Assembly (NCBI GenBank): GCA_016286345.1
Contig: JAEESL010000004.1
Span: forward strand, 1 to 57,856
Source of the DNA: Dehalococcoidales bacterium
Lineage (GTDB): Bacteria; Chloroflexota; Dehalococcoidia; Dehalococcoidales; UBA1222
Reading direction: 5' to 3'
DNA: 57,856 nucleotides
The notes beneath the pieces are model-generated. The model had not been told where the DNA came from. It saw only the letters and a program-made list of their open reading frames with translations, and ran no database searches. This document shows, piece by piece, positions 48,250 through 57,856 of the stretch (the stretch's first letter is position 1; every line of letters starts with the position of its first letter). A program made the position numbers and the translations under genes.

Positions 48250-49983
48250 CTATTCAGTCTTTATCTTTTTATTCTTCTCAAATAATGCATGTTTTACTGC
48301 AGAGAAGTACCTGAGATTCACGATCGTCCCAATCGGAATTTCGAGTTCAAGTCTTTCGGCAGCCTTAAAGCCGTTGATTCTGTCCATTTCGGGTTTGAGA
48401 GCCAGTAGACCTTCCTTATCGTTCTTGGCAACAAGTTCATCAATCTGTTTTTCGATCGCACGTGCATCATCAATTCTCTTGAGCTGCGTGTCACAGAGGT
48501 CCTGTGCCAGAAGACCGTGTTTGGCTTTATAAACGGTCAGCTGACGAATGGCATCATAAGTTACCTCGGTAATATCATCTGCAGGAAGCCATTTGGTTTC
48601 ATAGTTAAGTGAATATCTCCAGCTGGGCATTGCAAGTGCCTGGCGGTGTTCTTCAAGGGTCTTGAATCTGAGTTTGAATCCGTATCGTTCAGGGAAATCA
48701 AATGCAAGACAACCAGGTGCCATGAACGGTGCCTGATGTCCCATGAAGAGGAACAACTTGGGATTATCATGGAATTTAGTCATCAATTCATCACAGTAGT
48801 CGATATTATCCATGACATTTTTGCGGTCCTGTTTCCACAGGCCGATCATGAAGAAGATCTCGACTCTGCAGGCGCCGAACTCAAGTGCTGCACCTATCAT
48901 CTCTTCCATTGCTTCATTGGTGAAGTTTCTTCCGAGACTGACAGATCTTACTTCGGGATCATGTGATTCCGGAGACATATCGAGAGAGAAGCCCGGGCAG
49001 CAGTCGGCCACCTTCTTGGTGAACTCTCTTGTCCAAGGATTGAAAGCTTCGAACATAAGGGTATTCTTGACTTTGTTAAGCTTAATGAGGTCAAGGATCC
49101 TGTTGGCTCTTTCTTCTCCGCCTTCTCTGATATCACCCACAAGCAGGATCGGAGCACGGGTTATCTTGCTAAGGTGAACGATATCCTTGACGATATCTTC
49201 TGCTGCTCTTCTTGCAGGTCGTGTTCTGTTAAGGTAATTCGGAGTTGCATCTCTTGCTCCGCCGCAGAAAATACAGTTATACTGACAGCCTCTTGTAGTA
49301 AATACAGCTGTCACAGGGTATTTGATCCAGCCTTTGAACGGAACAACACTGGCAAAATCATGATACTTTATAACCTGTCTGACCATTTGTGAATAATGGT
49401 TGCCCATGACATGTCTGATGTCATTAGGCACGTATGAAAAGTCATTGAACTGAGGTTCGTTCCTTTCGTTTTTCCAGCATAAGTTAGGGATCTTCGAGAA
49501 ATCCTTGTTACCATTGAATTCCTTCATAAACTCAAGGAACGGAACTTCTGTGGAATCGCCGCGGAGGATAAAATCCACTTCGGGATATTGGATAAGCTCA
49601 TTATAGAAACGTGATGATGAATATCCGCCGAATATGATCTTTGAATTCGGATGATACTTTTTTACTATTCTTGCTATTTCAATTGAACCATGGCAGTGAA
49701 CCATCCAGTGGAGATCGATACCAAAAATCGGTGCTTCAAGCTTGGCTATGAATTTTTCTGCATCGAACTTTGCATTTCGGATCATTCTCCATGCAATGTT
49801 GACCACACGTGCATTGAATCCGCCTTTTTCAAGGTATTCGGAAATACTTGCCAGACCAACCGGATACATTTCAAAAACAGGTGTCGCAAGCACAAGATCT
49901 GAGACCGGTCCGTAAAGCTGTGGAATCTTTCTGAAATCATAAACATGAGGTGCATGCAGCAATATAATATCCGGTTTTGCCAT
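48250..49983 (-). CDS. B12-binding radical SAM protein (resembles the TIGR04190/Ta0216 family from memory)
   Basis: LLHAPHVYDFR N-terminus, IDLHW, RGCQYNCIFCGG, PES motif. Confidence 0.8.
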   Translation of the reverse strand: MAKPDIILLHAPHVYDFRKIPQLYGPVSDLVLATPVFEMYPVGLASISEYLEKGGFNARVVNIAWRMIRNAKFDAEKFIAKLEAPIFGIDLHWMVHCHGSIEIARIVKKYHPNSKIIFGGYSSSRFYNELIQYPEVDFILRGDSTEVPFLEFMKEFNGNKDFSKIPNLCWKNERNEPQFNDFSYVPNDIRHVMGNHYSQMVRQVIKYHDFASVVPFKGWIKYPVTAVFTTRGCQYNCIFCGGARDATPNYLNRTRPARRAAEDIVKDIVHLSKITRAPILLVGDIREGGEERANRILDLIKLNKVKNTLMFEAFNPWTREFTKKVADCCPGFSLDMSPESHDPEVRSVSLGRNFTNEAMEEMIGAALEFGACRVEIFFMIGLWKQDRKNVMDNIDYCDELMTKFHDNPKLFLFMGHQAPFMAPGCLAFDFPERYGFKLRFKTLEEHRQALAMPSWRYSLNYETKWLPADDITEVTYDAIRQLTVYKAKHGLLAQDLCDTQLKRIDDARAIEKQIDELVAKNDKEGLLALKPEMDRINGFKAAERLELEIPIGTIVNLRYFSAVKHALFEKNKKIKTE

Positions 49984-50088
49984 TATTAACTCCCTCTGGC
50001 TATAAACGCCATTTTTTATTATAGATTAAACAATGTCATAAACAAAATTGATTAAGTTTAAAAATGCAGTTATTATATCGGTGAAGTT

Positions 50089-50595
50089 ATGAGACTTATA
50101 TGTAATAAGCTGATGGTTGCTGACCTTGCGAAAGCAACAGCCTTTTATGAAGACGTCCTTCATCAGGAAGTTTATGAGGTATTTGATGATATGATCGTCT
50201 TCAAGTCGAATATTGCACTGGTGAGTCTCAGCCGCTGGAGTGAAAAAGCAGCATCATTCAATCAGAATGTAACGGTTGGTTTTGCCGATTCCATTCTTCA
50301 TTTTGAGGAATCTCACTTTGATCTGTATCTTTTTGAAATTGAAAGCAGGGGAGATATCAGATTTTTGCACAGGGTTGTCAAACGAAAAAATGGTCAGCGT
50401 CTGATAAGATTCTTTGATCCTGATAATCATGTTATAGAAGTCAGTGAGGCAAATAATCGTTTACCGGATGATTTAATGGCATCCCTGGTCGACTACAACG
50501 AAGAAGTCGATATCCTATCATGTACCGAACAGCCATGTATTTCACATTGTTCCGGAATTGCTTTCCTTGATAAAAAGACCGATAAAAAAGAATAA
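50089..50595 (+). CDS. VOC/glyoxalase-like protein
   Basis: VADLAKATAFYEDVL, GQRLIRFFDPDNHVIEVSE. Confidence 0.82.
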   Translation: MRLICNKLMVADLAKATAFYEDVLHQEVYEVFDDMIVFKSNIALVSLSRWSEKAASFNQNVTVGFADSILHFEESHFDLYLFEIESRGDIRFLHRVVKRKNGQRLIRFFDPDNHVIEVSEANNRLPDDLMASLVDYNEEVDILSCTEQPCISHCSGIAFLDKKTDKKE

Positions 50596-50623
50596 CCCGA
50601 TAATTTTGAAATTATCGGGTTAT
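50592..50623. terminator. long inverted repeat between convergent genes, probable terminator
   Basis: ATAACCCGATAATTT-TG-AAATTATCGGGTTAT; lacks a clear U-tract. Confidence 0.6.
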
Positions 50624-50643
50624 CAGTAATCGGCTTAATTATT

Positions 50644-51279
50644 CTATTTGCTTACATCCAGCAGGGAAATTGTCGGGGTCAGAGGCAGTGACTGCTTGGT
50701 TACCGTAAGCTTTGCAAGGGGATCATGTTTGTTGGAGCCCATTTCCTTAAAGAAATTGTCAACAGGCTCAAGATCGGCTGAATACAGATCTCGGTTGTAA
50801 TGCATAGGGATAACGATCTTCGGTTCAATATGTCGGGTGATCGTTGATGCCTGTTTGGAATTGATCGTATATTTGCCGCCGACCGGAATCATCAGAATAT
50901 CAATGTTGTCGATTTCGTCAAATACTGATGATGTTACGATATGACCCAGGTCCCCAAGATGACAGATGGTGATCTCATCAATGGTGTAAACAAAGATGAT
51001 ATTCTTTCCTCGTTCTGCACCCTCCATGCCGTCATGGAAAGAAGGAATGCCGTTGATAAGAACACCAGAGACTTCATATTCTCCGCATCTGGAAATAACC
51101 TTGGTCACATTATCGACTGCCTGGGTATAGTTGTGGTCAGCGTGGTCGTGACTGACTGTTACAATGTTTGCAGACTGCTTGCCCATAAGCCCGAAATCCG
51201 GACCGTACGGATCGGTAATAATGGTTGCCTGCTTACCTTTGATTTTAAAACATGATCTGCCTAAATATGTTATGTCCAT
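50644..51279 (-). CDS. metallo-beta-lactamase-fold hydrolase
   Basis: ITDPY, SHDHADH, HLGDLGH, IPMHY. Confidence 0.9.
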   Translation of the reverse strand: MDITYLGRSCFKIKGKQATIITDPYGPDFGLMGKQSANIVTVSHDHADHNYTQAVDNVTKVISRCGEYEVSGVLINGIPSFHDGMEGAERGKNIIFVYTIDEITICHLGDLGHIVTSSVFDEIDNIDILMIPVGGKYTINSKQASTITRHIEPKIVIPMHYNRDLYSADLEPVDNFFKEMGSNKHDPLAKLTVTKQSLPLTPTISLLDVSK

Positions 51280-51316
51280 GCCTGTAATTATACCTTTTCT
51301 CGAAGAATTGGGTCAA

Positions 51317-53923
51317 TTATAACGATGCCTGATTTACTATATGATCCAGTTTCTTTTCCGGATAGTAATTGTATGTGAAAACCGGTACCACAGAATAGTG
51401 CTTCTCAGATGTTTTCATTACCTTTTCAGAGTCGTATGTGACGTTGTACCCCAGATCATCATACTCCATTGTTCTGACAAGTCCGCTCTCATCAAATACA
51501 TTAATGACATTGCCGTAATCATCATAACTGAACCTGACTGAATGATTTTTGTTGTCTTTTTTCGTCACAAGATGTCCATCGGAATCATATTCCATATCGA
51601 TGCGGTATCCTTCGGAGTCTTCTATTTTTATGATTTTGTTCTTCTCATTGTATTCAAAACAGGTTTCTTTTCCGTAATTATCTGTGAATCCGATCAGTCG
51701 GTTTGCTTCATCGAATGAATAAGAATAACTGTTTCCCTGATTATCGGATTTTCCAATACAGTTTCCGCTTGAATCATAGGAATACTCCTGGTCACCGATA
51801 ACAATGGGTTCATTTATGGCATCGTAGATTATTCTCATATGATCGCCGTCAAAAGAATCCACTGATATTGTCAGACCTTTCATATTCGTTACGGTGGCGG
51901 TACCTTTTTCTGAATCAATAATCTTTATTGTGGACATATCATCAAAACGCTGGAACAGGACTTCTTTTCTTGCAGAGTAGGTGATCTTTTCAATGACAGG
52001 TGCAAGGCCTCGTCTGTCGTATACAATGTCATACAGAACGTTATACGGGGAGTCGCTGATGGATGTAAGTAATCCGTCTGATGAATAATTGAAGAATATA
52101 TTCTTATTCTCTGTATCCGTGATACATGTCAGATTATCGAGATTATCATATTCAAACTTAAACATTGTTCCGTCAGACAGTTCCATTGAAATACATCTGT
52201 TTCTGTCATCATATTTGAAAAGGAATTTCCTGCCGGCTGTATCCATGATGTCCTTTATTTTCAGTCCGTCATATGTGAGTGTCAGAGCATTTCCATAAGC
52301 ATCGGAAACGTATTCAAGGTAATAATCGGCGGTATTGGTAAAGGATGAATACTTGTAATACATGTTATCAACGCCACGGTACACAAATGAATCATCACCC
52401 TGTACCAGTTCTCCGGTCTCATGCATGATAGGCAGAAGTACACGGGGCTTCTCATTGCTTATCTGTCTTGTGGTAAAACTGCTTGAATCTCCATCCCCGC
52501 TTGTCACTGTGAATGTATCGGCGCTGGATCCTCTGAATACTGCGGAAGAGTAATTGAAATGCCATCCGTTTCCGAACATGCCTGATTCGCTTGCCCGGTT
52601 TGTATTGAAGCTCAGACATGGTCTGATCGTAAGCCCGGACATATGTGTTTCAAGCATCTTGTAGCGGATGAACAAACCAAGATCTGTAGTGTTTATCTGG
52701 CATGACAGATGATGTGACAGCTTATGCTTCAGATACAGTGTCTGTTTGTTGAACTCGGGCGATGATGCACTGTTGGGAGTAAGGGGTTCGACTGACATGG
52801 ATACAAGAGCCTTCAGAGATTGCTTCAGTGAAGTCAGATTGGTATCGGTGCTGTACTTGTCAGGTCTGTTCTGTGAGGCGGCTTCATCTATTGCTTTCTG
52901 TATTGAAGCTATTTCATCTTCTTTATTTACAAATACGACCTTCTTCGGCTTGTATTCGATATCTTCAGGCTTGTCCTGATATTCGACTTTCGTTCCGCAG
53001 ATAGGACAGAATGCATATATATTCTTCAGTGCTGAATGACAATTGGAGCAGAAAATCACATTTTCATCATCAATAAATGCTTCCGGATTATTGTTGATTA
53101 TTACAGGAGCAGTTTCCGCTTTTACTGTCTGAATTGTCGGGTTCGGTGTTTCATTGAACTTACTTGTTTCAGATATTGGTGATGCTGATATAAATTCTTT
53201 TACTGTTTCCGGTTCTGATTCCACGGATGTTTCAGAAATATATTCAGTTTCTGTTCCTGTTTCCAGTACCGGTTCGTTGTATACAGGCTCAACAACTTCA
53301 GATTTGGTGTCTTCTACTGTTTCCTCTGTTTCAGAATATACCGGAATATCTTCAATCGGTGGTTCTTCTGTATATGATGATTCTTCAGCCTGTTCAATAT
53401 CAGTTGTACTTATTGAATTCTCTGAAATCTGTTCATCAGCAACAACAGAAACTGATGAATCACTGGTTTTGGGAATAATCGGAATGATCACTTCGGATTC
53501 AATAGGTTCGCGTACAGGCTGCTGATCACTGCCCTGGGTTTTTGCCTCTATTACATAAGTCTGGGTTTTCTCTGGCTGTGTTATTTCAGCTCCGCACCAG
53601 TGGCAGAACAGGGCAGACGGTCTGATCTTCTTTGAACAATTTTGACATTCGATCAGGTTTTCATCATTGATCACGGTTCCGCACCATCGGCAGAAAGTTG
53701 CGGTCGGTTTGATCTTTTCTGAACAATTGGGACAGTTTATCAGTGTTTCCAGATCAGTTCCGCAGAATCTGCAGAACTTTGCAGTTACAGATATTTTTTT
53801 AAGACAGACGGGACAATCTTTTTCCTGTGATTTGCCACAGAAATGACAGAACTTCGCATCAGAATTAATGCTGTTTCCGCAGTAAATGCAATCTTTCTCT
53901 GTTTCAGAATTATTCATAGCCAT
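51317..53923 (-). CDS. multi-zinc-ribbon protein fused to an RHS/YD-repeat region
   Basis: Four CxxC-x10-CxxCG units, acidic linker, fifth zinc ribbon, GMFGNGWHFNY, many YDxxGN/R repeats. Confidence 0.8.
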   Translation of the reverse strand: MAMNNSETEKDCIYCGNSINSDAKFCHFCGKSQEKDCPVCLKKISVTAKFCRFCGTDLETLINCPNCSEKIKPTATFCRWCGTVINDENLIECQNCSKKIRPSALFCHWCGAEITQPEKTQTYVIEAKTQGSDQQPVREPIESEVIIPIIPKTSDSSVSVVADEQISENSISTTDIEQAEESSYTEEPPIEDIPVYSETEETVEDTKSEVVEPVYNEPVLETGTETEYISETSVESEPETVKEFISASPISETSKFNETPNPTIQTVKAETAPVIINNNPEAFIDDENVIFCSNCHSALKNIYAFCPICGTKVEYQDKPEDIEYKPKKVVFVNKEDEIASIQKAIDEAASQNRPDKYSTDTNLTSLKQSLKALVSMSVEPLTPNSASSPEFNKQTLYLKHKLSHHLSCQINTTDLGLFIRYKMLETHMSGLTIRPCLSFNTNRASESGMFGNGWHFNYSSAVFRGSSADTFTVTSGDGDSSSFTTRQISNEKPRVLLPIMHETGELVQGDDSFVYRGVDNMYYKYSSFTNTADYYLEYVSDAYGNALTLTYDGLKIKDIMDTAGRKFLFKYDDRNRCISMELSDGTMFKFEYDNLDNLTCITDTENKNIFFNYSSDGLLTSISDSPYNVLYDIVYDRRGLAPVIEKITYSARKEVLFQRFDDMSTIKIIDSEKGTATVTNMKGLTISVDSFDGDHMRIIYDAINEPIVIGDQEYSYDSSGNCIGKSDNQGNSYSYSFDEANRLIGFTDNYGKETCFEYNEKNKIIKIEDSEGYRIDMEYDSDGHLVTKKDNKNHSVRFSYDDYGNVINVFDESGLVRTMEYDDLGYNVTYDSEKVMKTSEKHYSVVPVFTYNYYPEKKLDHIVNQASL

Positions 53924-53977
53924 AATTCACTGTCTTTAAGTGAAGTATAACTTATTTATCCCTTTGAAAGAAAACCC

Positions 53978-55918
53978 TTATCTGTTGGGATTGTCTTTTG
54001 GATGATATTCAGGTACAACAGTGCTGATTGCCTTGACAACAGCATTGCTGTCACCGGTTTCAATGGCCGCATTCAGTACATCAAAGTCCTTGGCTATATC
54101 TCTGAGAGCACTGTCTTCAGGTTGTCTTTCAACATAAATTCTGTCATTTGCTGTTTTATAGTGAATGTCATTCTGAATTAGAGTCTCTTCAAAAAGCTTT
54201 TCACCGGGACGTACGCCGATTTCCTTTATATCGATATCCTTGTACGGTTCGAAACCGGATAATCTGATCAAGTTTTCAGCAAGGTCAAGAATTTTAACGG
54301 GTTCGCCCATCTGTAACACATAGATTTCGGTTTTCTTGGCAAATGCACCTGCGGCAAGAACCAGAGAAGCGGCTTCCGGTATCGTCATGAAGTATCTGGT
54401 CATCCGTTTATCTGTAATAGTGACCGGTCCTCCAAGCTCGATCTGGCGTTTAAACAAGGGGATCACTGAACCGGATGATCCGAGAACATTTCCGAAACGT
54501 ACGGATACAAATTCCGTCTTGCAGGAAGGATCCTTAGACAGAGCGAATGTCATATATTCGCAGTAACGTTTTGTAGCTCCCATGACGCTGGTAGGATTGA
54601 CTGCTTTATCAGTGGAGATGAACACGAATTTGGGACATCCGAATTCCATTGCATTTTTCATCAGGTTGTAGGTGCCGAAAATGTTATTCTTTACTGCTTC
54701 TGCAGGATTGTGTTCCATCAAAGGAACATGCTTATGCGCTGCTGCATGGAATACAACATCAGGATTATATTTTTTGAAAAGATCTTTTACTCTCTTCTGA
54801 TCTCTTACTGAACCTATTTCAATAATAATCTCAATTTCATGGGTAATCAGCCTGTTGAGTTCATTCCTCAGGTCATATGCATTATTCTCAAAGATATCAA
54901 AGATGATCAGTCTGCTTGGTCTGTGTGATGCGATCTGTCTGCACAGTTCACTGCCTATTGAACCACCACCGCCTGTCACCAGAATAACTTTGCCTGTTAC
55001 ATATTTACGGACATCTTCGGCATTCAGCTGGACTTCAGTTCTTCCGAGAAGGTCTTCGACCTGGACGTCTCTGATCGCGGCACTGAGGTTGGTGTTTGCC
55101 ATTACCATCATGGTATCAGGGAGAATCCTCAACTTACATCCTGCAGATTTGCAGATGTTGACTATTTCCTGTCTTCTATTGACCGGAAGGGAAGGTATTG
55201 CAAGAATTGCATCGTAGATCTTGTTTTTCCTGAGGGTCTCATCAAGATCATCAATATTGCATTTGACTTCAATACCGTGGATGGTTTTACCTGTTTTCTC
55301 TTTATCGTCATCAACCAGACCCCAAACGACATATGGGCTCTTGTAGTTGTACATGAGTTCTTCCATTAGTGCTACACCTGATTCACCTGCACCGATAATG
55401 GCAACAGGCCTCTTTTCATCAGCGGGAACACTTGATTCGATCTGACCGGAAAGCTGATGACGGAAAATTCTGTAGCAGAATCGTAAGGAAAGGGAACCGA
55501 TTACGAAACAGGTCGCAACAGCCATGGTTGCAAAAGGTGTAGCCTGTCTCCAATCGATAATGTAACTGATCACAAGATACAGGAGAAATGAAATGATGTT
55601 GCTGAAAACAATAACAATATAGTCTTTTGCTTCACTGTATCTCCAGAGACGTTTGTATGATCCAAATGCAAAATCCATCAAAATAGAACAAACGCCGTAT
55701 ATGCCTACATTTCGTAAAAACAGAGGAAGTTCGGATCCTATCGTTTTGAAGTAGATTCTTGAGTAACCGTAGTCATGTGAAAGTTCAAGGTAAACATATA
55801 CCGCAACACATATGATTGCGTATGTCAGTATGTCCAAAACAAGGACTATATTTCTTCTGTATTTGCTAACAAATTTACTGCCGAATAGTTTATTGAAGAA
55901 TGAGTATAATTTGTTCAT
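53978..55918 (-). CDS. membrane-anchored UDP-sugar 4,6-dehydratase (CapD/PglF/WbpM family)
   Basis: TGGGGSIGSEL, HAAAHKHVP, STDKAVNPT..MGATK, RFGNVLGS, GEKLFEE. Confidence 0.93.
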   Translation of the reverse strand: MNKLYSFFNKLFGSKFVSKYRRNIVLVLDILTYAIICVAVYVYLELSHDYGYSRIYFKTIGSELPLFLRNVGIYGVCSILMDFAFGSYKRLWRYSEAKDYIVIVFSNIISFLLYLVISYIIDWRQATPFATMAVATCFVIGSLSLRFCYRIFRHQLSGQIESSVPADEKRPVAIIGAGESGVALMEELMYNYKSPYVVWGLVDDDKEKTGKTIHGIEVKCNIDDLDETLRKNKIYDAILAIPSLPVNRRQEIVNICKSAGCKLRILPDTMMVMANTNLSAAIRDVQVEDLLGRTEVQLNAEDVRKYVTGKVILVTGGGGSIGSELCRQIASHRPSRLIIFDIFENNAYDLRNELNRLITHEIEIIIEIGSVRDQKRVKDLFKKYNPDVVFHAAAHKHVPLMEHNPAEAVKNNIFGTYNLMKNAMEFGCPKFVFISTDKAVNPTSVMGATKRYCEYMTFALSKDPSCKTEFVSVRFGNVLGSSGSVIPLFKRQIELGGPVTITDKRMTRYFMTIPEAASLVLAAGAFAKKTEIYVLQMGEPVKILDLAENLIRLSGFEPYKDIDIKEIGVRPGEKLFEETLIQNDIHYKTANDRIYVERQPEDSALRDIAKDFDVLNAAIETGDSNAVVKAISTVVPEYHPKDNPNR

Positions 55919-55920
55919 TA

Positions 55921-57708
55921 TTATTCAACCGTTACAGTTTTTGCCAAGTTTCTTGGGAAATCGACCGGATTGCCTTTCTTCACTGCTGTATAGTATGCAA
56001 GTAATTGTACTACAACCAGGTTCAAAATAGGAGATAATATCGGCTTTGTATGAGGAACAGTGATAACGTAATCTGCCAGGTTGGAAATAGTCAGATCATT
56101 CTCCTCTGAAATAGCTATCAGCGGGGCTTGTCTTGTTTTGACTTCTCTCAGATTAGTAACCAGTGAGTCATAGTTTTCATCATGCGATACGATTGCGATT
56201 ACCGGAACTTCCTTTCCCAGCAATGCAAATGGTCCATGTTTCAATTCCCCGGCTGCATATCCTTCACCGTGAATGTAGGATATTTCCTTAAGCTTCAGTG
56301 CTCCTTCAAGAGCTATCGGGTAGTTGAGTCCTCTGGCTATATAGATAGCATCCTTGAAGTCAGCAAGATAAGATGCAACAGATATAATACTGTCTACATT
56401 TTCAAATATCTTATTGATCTGGTCAGGAAGTTTTCTGAATGTATCCATGGCATCTTCTTTGTTAAGCTTGGATAAAGATGGATGTGCAAGTATAAGTGAA
56501 TACAGTGCTGCAATCTGGCTCAGAACTGTTTTTGTAGCTGCAACACTTACTTCAGGACCGGCCTTTGTTGTCCAAACGTAATCTGCTGCTCTGGCAAGCT
56601 GTGAATTCTTTACATTCGTTATTGCCATCAGCTTGTATCCGTTTGCCTTGGCTGCTTTCGCAGCTTTTATTGTATCTGCAGTTTCTCCTGACTGGGATAT
56701 GGCAATTGCAAGTGTGCCTTTTTGTCCTTTTGTAAGTGAGCAGTATTCGCTTCCAAGTTCTGCAAAAGTCGGGATTCCAAGGATCTGGGGTGCCAGATAA
56801 CGCATCATCAGTGATGCATAATATGAACTTCCGCATGCCAGCGTTTTGATCATTCGTATTCCGCCAAGATCCTTGTCGATCGTTGCAAGCAGAGTGGCAA
56901 GATCATCGAGATCATCAATGGTAGTGGTAATAACACGAGGCTCCTCATGGATTTCCTTGAGCATAAAATGAGGATATCCGTGAAGCTCTGCATCATTGAG
57001 ATTCTTATCGAGCAACTCTATTTCAGGTTCAGTTTCCTTGCCGTTTCTGAACAGCTTAATGCTGTCAGGAGTCAAAACAGCAGTATCGTGATCTTTCAGA
57101 TATATGAATCTGTTAGTGTATTTTGACAAAGCAGATGAATCAGATGCTACGTAGCATTCACTGTCACCGACACCGATTACAAGCGGGCACCCGACTTTGC
57201 CGACATACAGCTTGTTTTCATTCTGTACGATTGCAGCTACAGCAAATGCGCCCTGAATTGTTCCCAGTGCTTTTTTGACGGCATCATCTGCGCTCATTGT
57301 TTTCATGTTTTCTTCTATCAGATGCGGAATGATTTCTGTATCTGTTTCGGATTTAAAAACATGACCTTTGTTTATAAGATCTTCCTTTAACGGAATAAAC
57401 TGGTCAAGCGTTCCATTGTGAACGACTGCTACTTTATCTCCGCAGGAAGAATGAGGATGTGCATTTGCGGCAGTGGGCTCACCGCAGGTAGCCCATCTTG
57501 TATGACCGATTCCGATCTTGGAATTGACTTTCTTATGTTTTGCTTCAAGTTCTTTGACGCGACAGGTATCTTTTATTACTTTGATTCCATCAGATTGTAC
57601 CAAAGCTATACCACATGAATCATAGCCTCGGTATTCCAATCTTTTCAGGCAGTCAAATAATACTTTGTCTGCATTCTTATATCCGATATATCCTGTAATT
57701 CCGCACAT
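55921..57708 (-). CDS. glmS: glutamine-fructose-6-phosphate aminotransferase
   Basis: MCGI, LEYRGYDS, GHTRWAT, SQSGET, PRNLAKTVTVE. Confidence 0.98.
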   Translation of the reverse strand: MCGITGYIGYKNADKVLFDCLKRLEYRGYDSCGIALVQSDGIKVIKDTCRVKELEAKHKKVNSKIGIGHTRWATCGEPTAANAHPHSSCGDKVAVVHNGTLDQFIPLKEDLINKGHVFKSETDTEIIPHLIEENMKTMSADDAVKKALGTIQGAFAVAAIVQNENKLYVGKVGCPLVIGVGDSECYVASDSSALSKYTNRFIYLKDHDTAVLTPDSIKLFRNGKETEPEIELLDKNLNDAELHGYPHFMLKEIHEEPRVITTTIDDLDDLATLLATIDKDLGGIRMIKTLACGSSYYASLMMRYLAPQILGIPTFAELGSEYCSLTKGQKGTLAIAISQSGETADTIKAAKAAKANGYKLMAITNVKNSQLARAADYVWTTKAGPEVSVAATKTVLSQIAALYSLILAHPSLSKLNKEDAMDTFRKLPDQINKIFENVDSIISVASYLADFKDAIYIARGLNYPIALEGALKLKEISYIHGEGYAAGELKHGPFALLGKEVPVIAIVSHDENYDSLVTNLREVKTRQAPLIAISEENDLTISNLADYVITVPHTKPILSPILNLVVVQLLAYYTAVKKGNPVDFPRNLAKTVTVE

Positions 57709-57710
57709 AA

Positions 57711-57856
57711 CTAAATTACTGTTGCCCCACTAGGGATTATACCAAAAAGCTTTTCATTATTATTAATTTTCACGTTATTGCCGATAACCGTACCGGCAGA
57801 TGCCGAGACATTGTCCATGATAGTGCACCCGTTACCTATCATGCTTCCGATCTGCA
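57711..57856 (-). CDS. partial C-terminus of an archaeal-type GlmU-like nucleotidyl/acetyltransferase
   Basis: Manual translation QIGSMIGNGCTIMDNVSASAGTVIGNNVKI...IPSGATVI*; hexapeptide-like repeats; abuts glmS. Confidence 0.7.
   Translation of the reverse strand, partial: QIGSMIGNGCTIMDNVSASAGTVIGNNVKINNNEKLFGIIPSGATVI

Noticed and set aside
53036-53050. CSNCH as a heme c motif in the zinc-ribbon/RHS protein
   Set aside because: It is the first half of a CxxC...CPICG zinc ribbon and the protein has no export signal
1-57856. Genome-wide TAG reassignment as the explanation for the presenilin amber codon
   Set aside because: Many genes here end at TAG at their expected C-terminus (ccmE, rlmN, STAS, valS, ahbD), so TAG is a normal stop

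Overview
A gene-dense chromosomal segment from an anaerobic bacterium. I infer, without a database check, a Dehalococcoidia-like Chloroflexota, from the presenilin homologue, archaeal-type glmU-glmS and loop-less CC-adding enzyme. The backbone is housekeeping: rlmN, rpsT, valS, coaBC, coaX, nnr, corA, miaB, yajC, rplS, priA, secDF, glmS. Main highlights: (1) an electron-transfer locus at 1.1-9 kb with a System I* cytochrome c maturation operon (ccmEFABC plus an unlisted ccmD), an orphan FdnI-type cytochrome b, a 12-heme lipoprotein made of tandem di-heme repeats, and a paralogous 3+1-heme lipoprotein on a Pro/Thr stalk; (2) possibly related genes elsewhere, namely a NarI-like protein keeping only the distal-heme histidines and a stand-alone ahbD joined to a metal-chelate ABC importer; (3) a partner-switching cluster (RsbW-like kinase, small HD hydrolase, STAS-kinase, single-chain amino-acid ABC transporter ending in a degenerate RsbW-like domain, STAS); (4) a presenilin-family gene interrupted by an in-frame TAG directly after the catalytic YD; (5) a compact ZTP (pfl) riboswitch candidate before an oxalate/formate antiporter; (6) an rhuM remnant beside a PadR-DUF1700-DUF4097 operon; (7) a zinc-ribbon/YD-repeat fusion with no toxin tip. 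I saw no rRNA, tRNA, CRISPR array or transposase. All product calls come from motifs read by eye.
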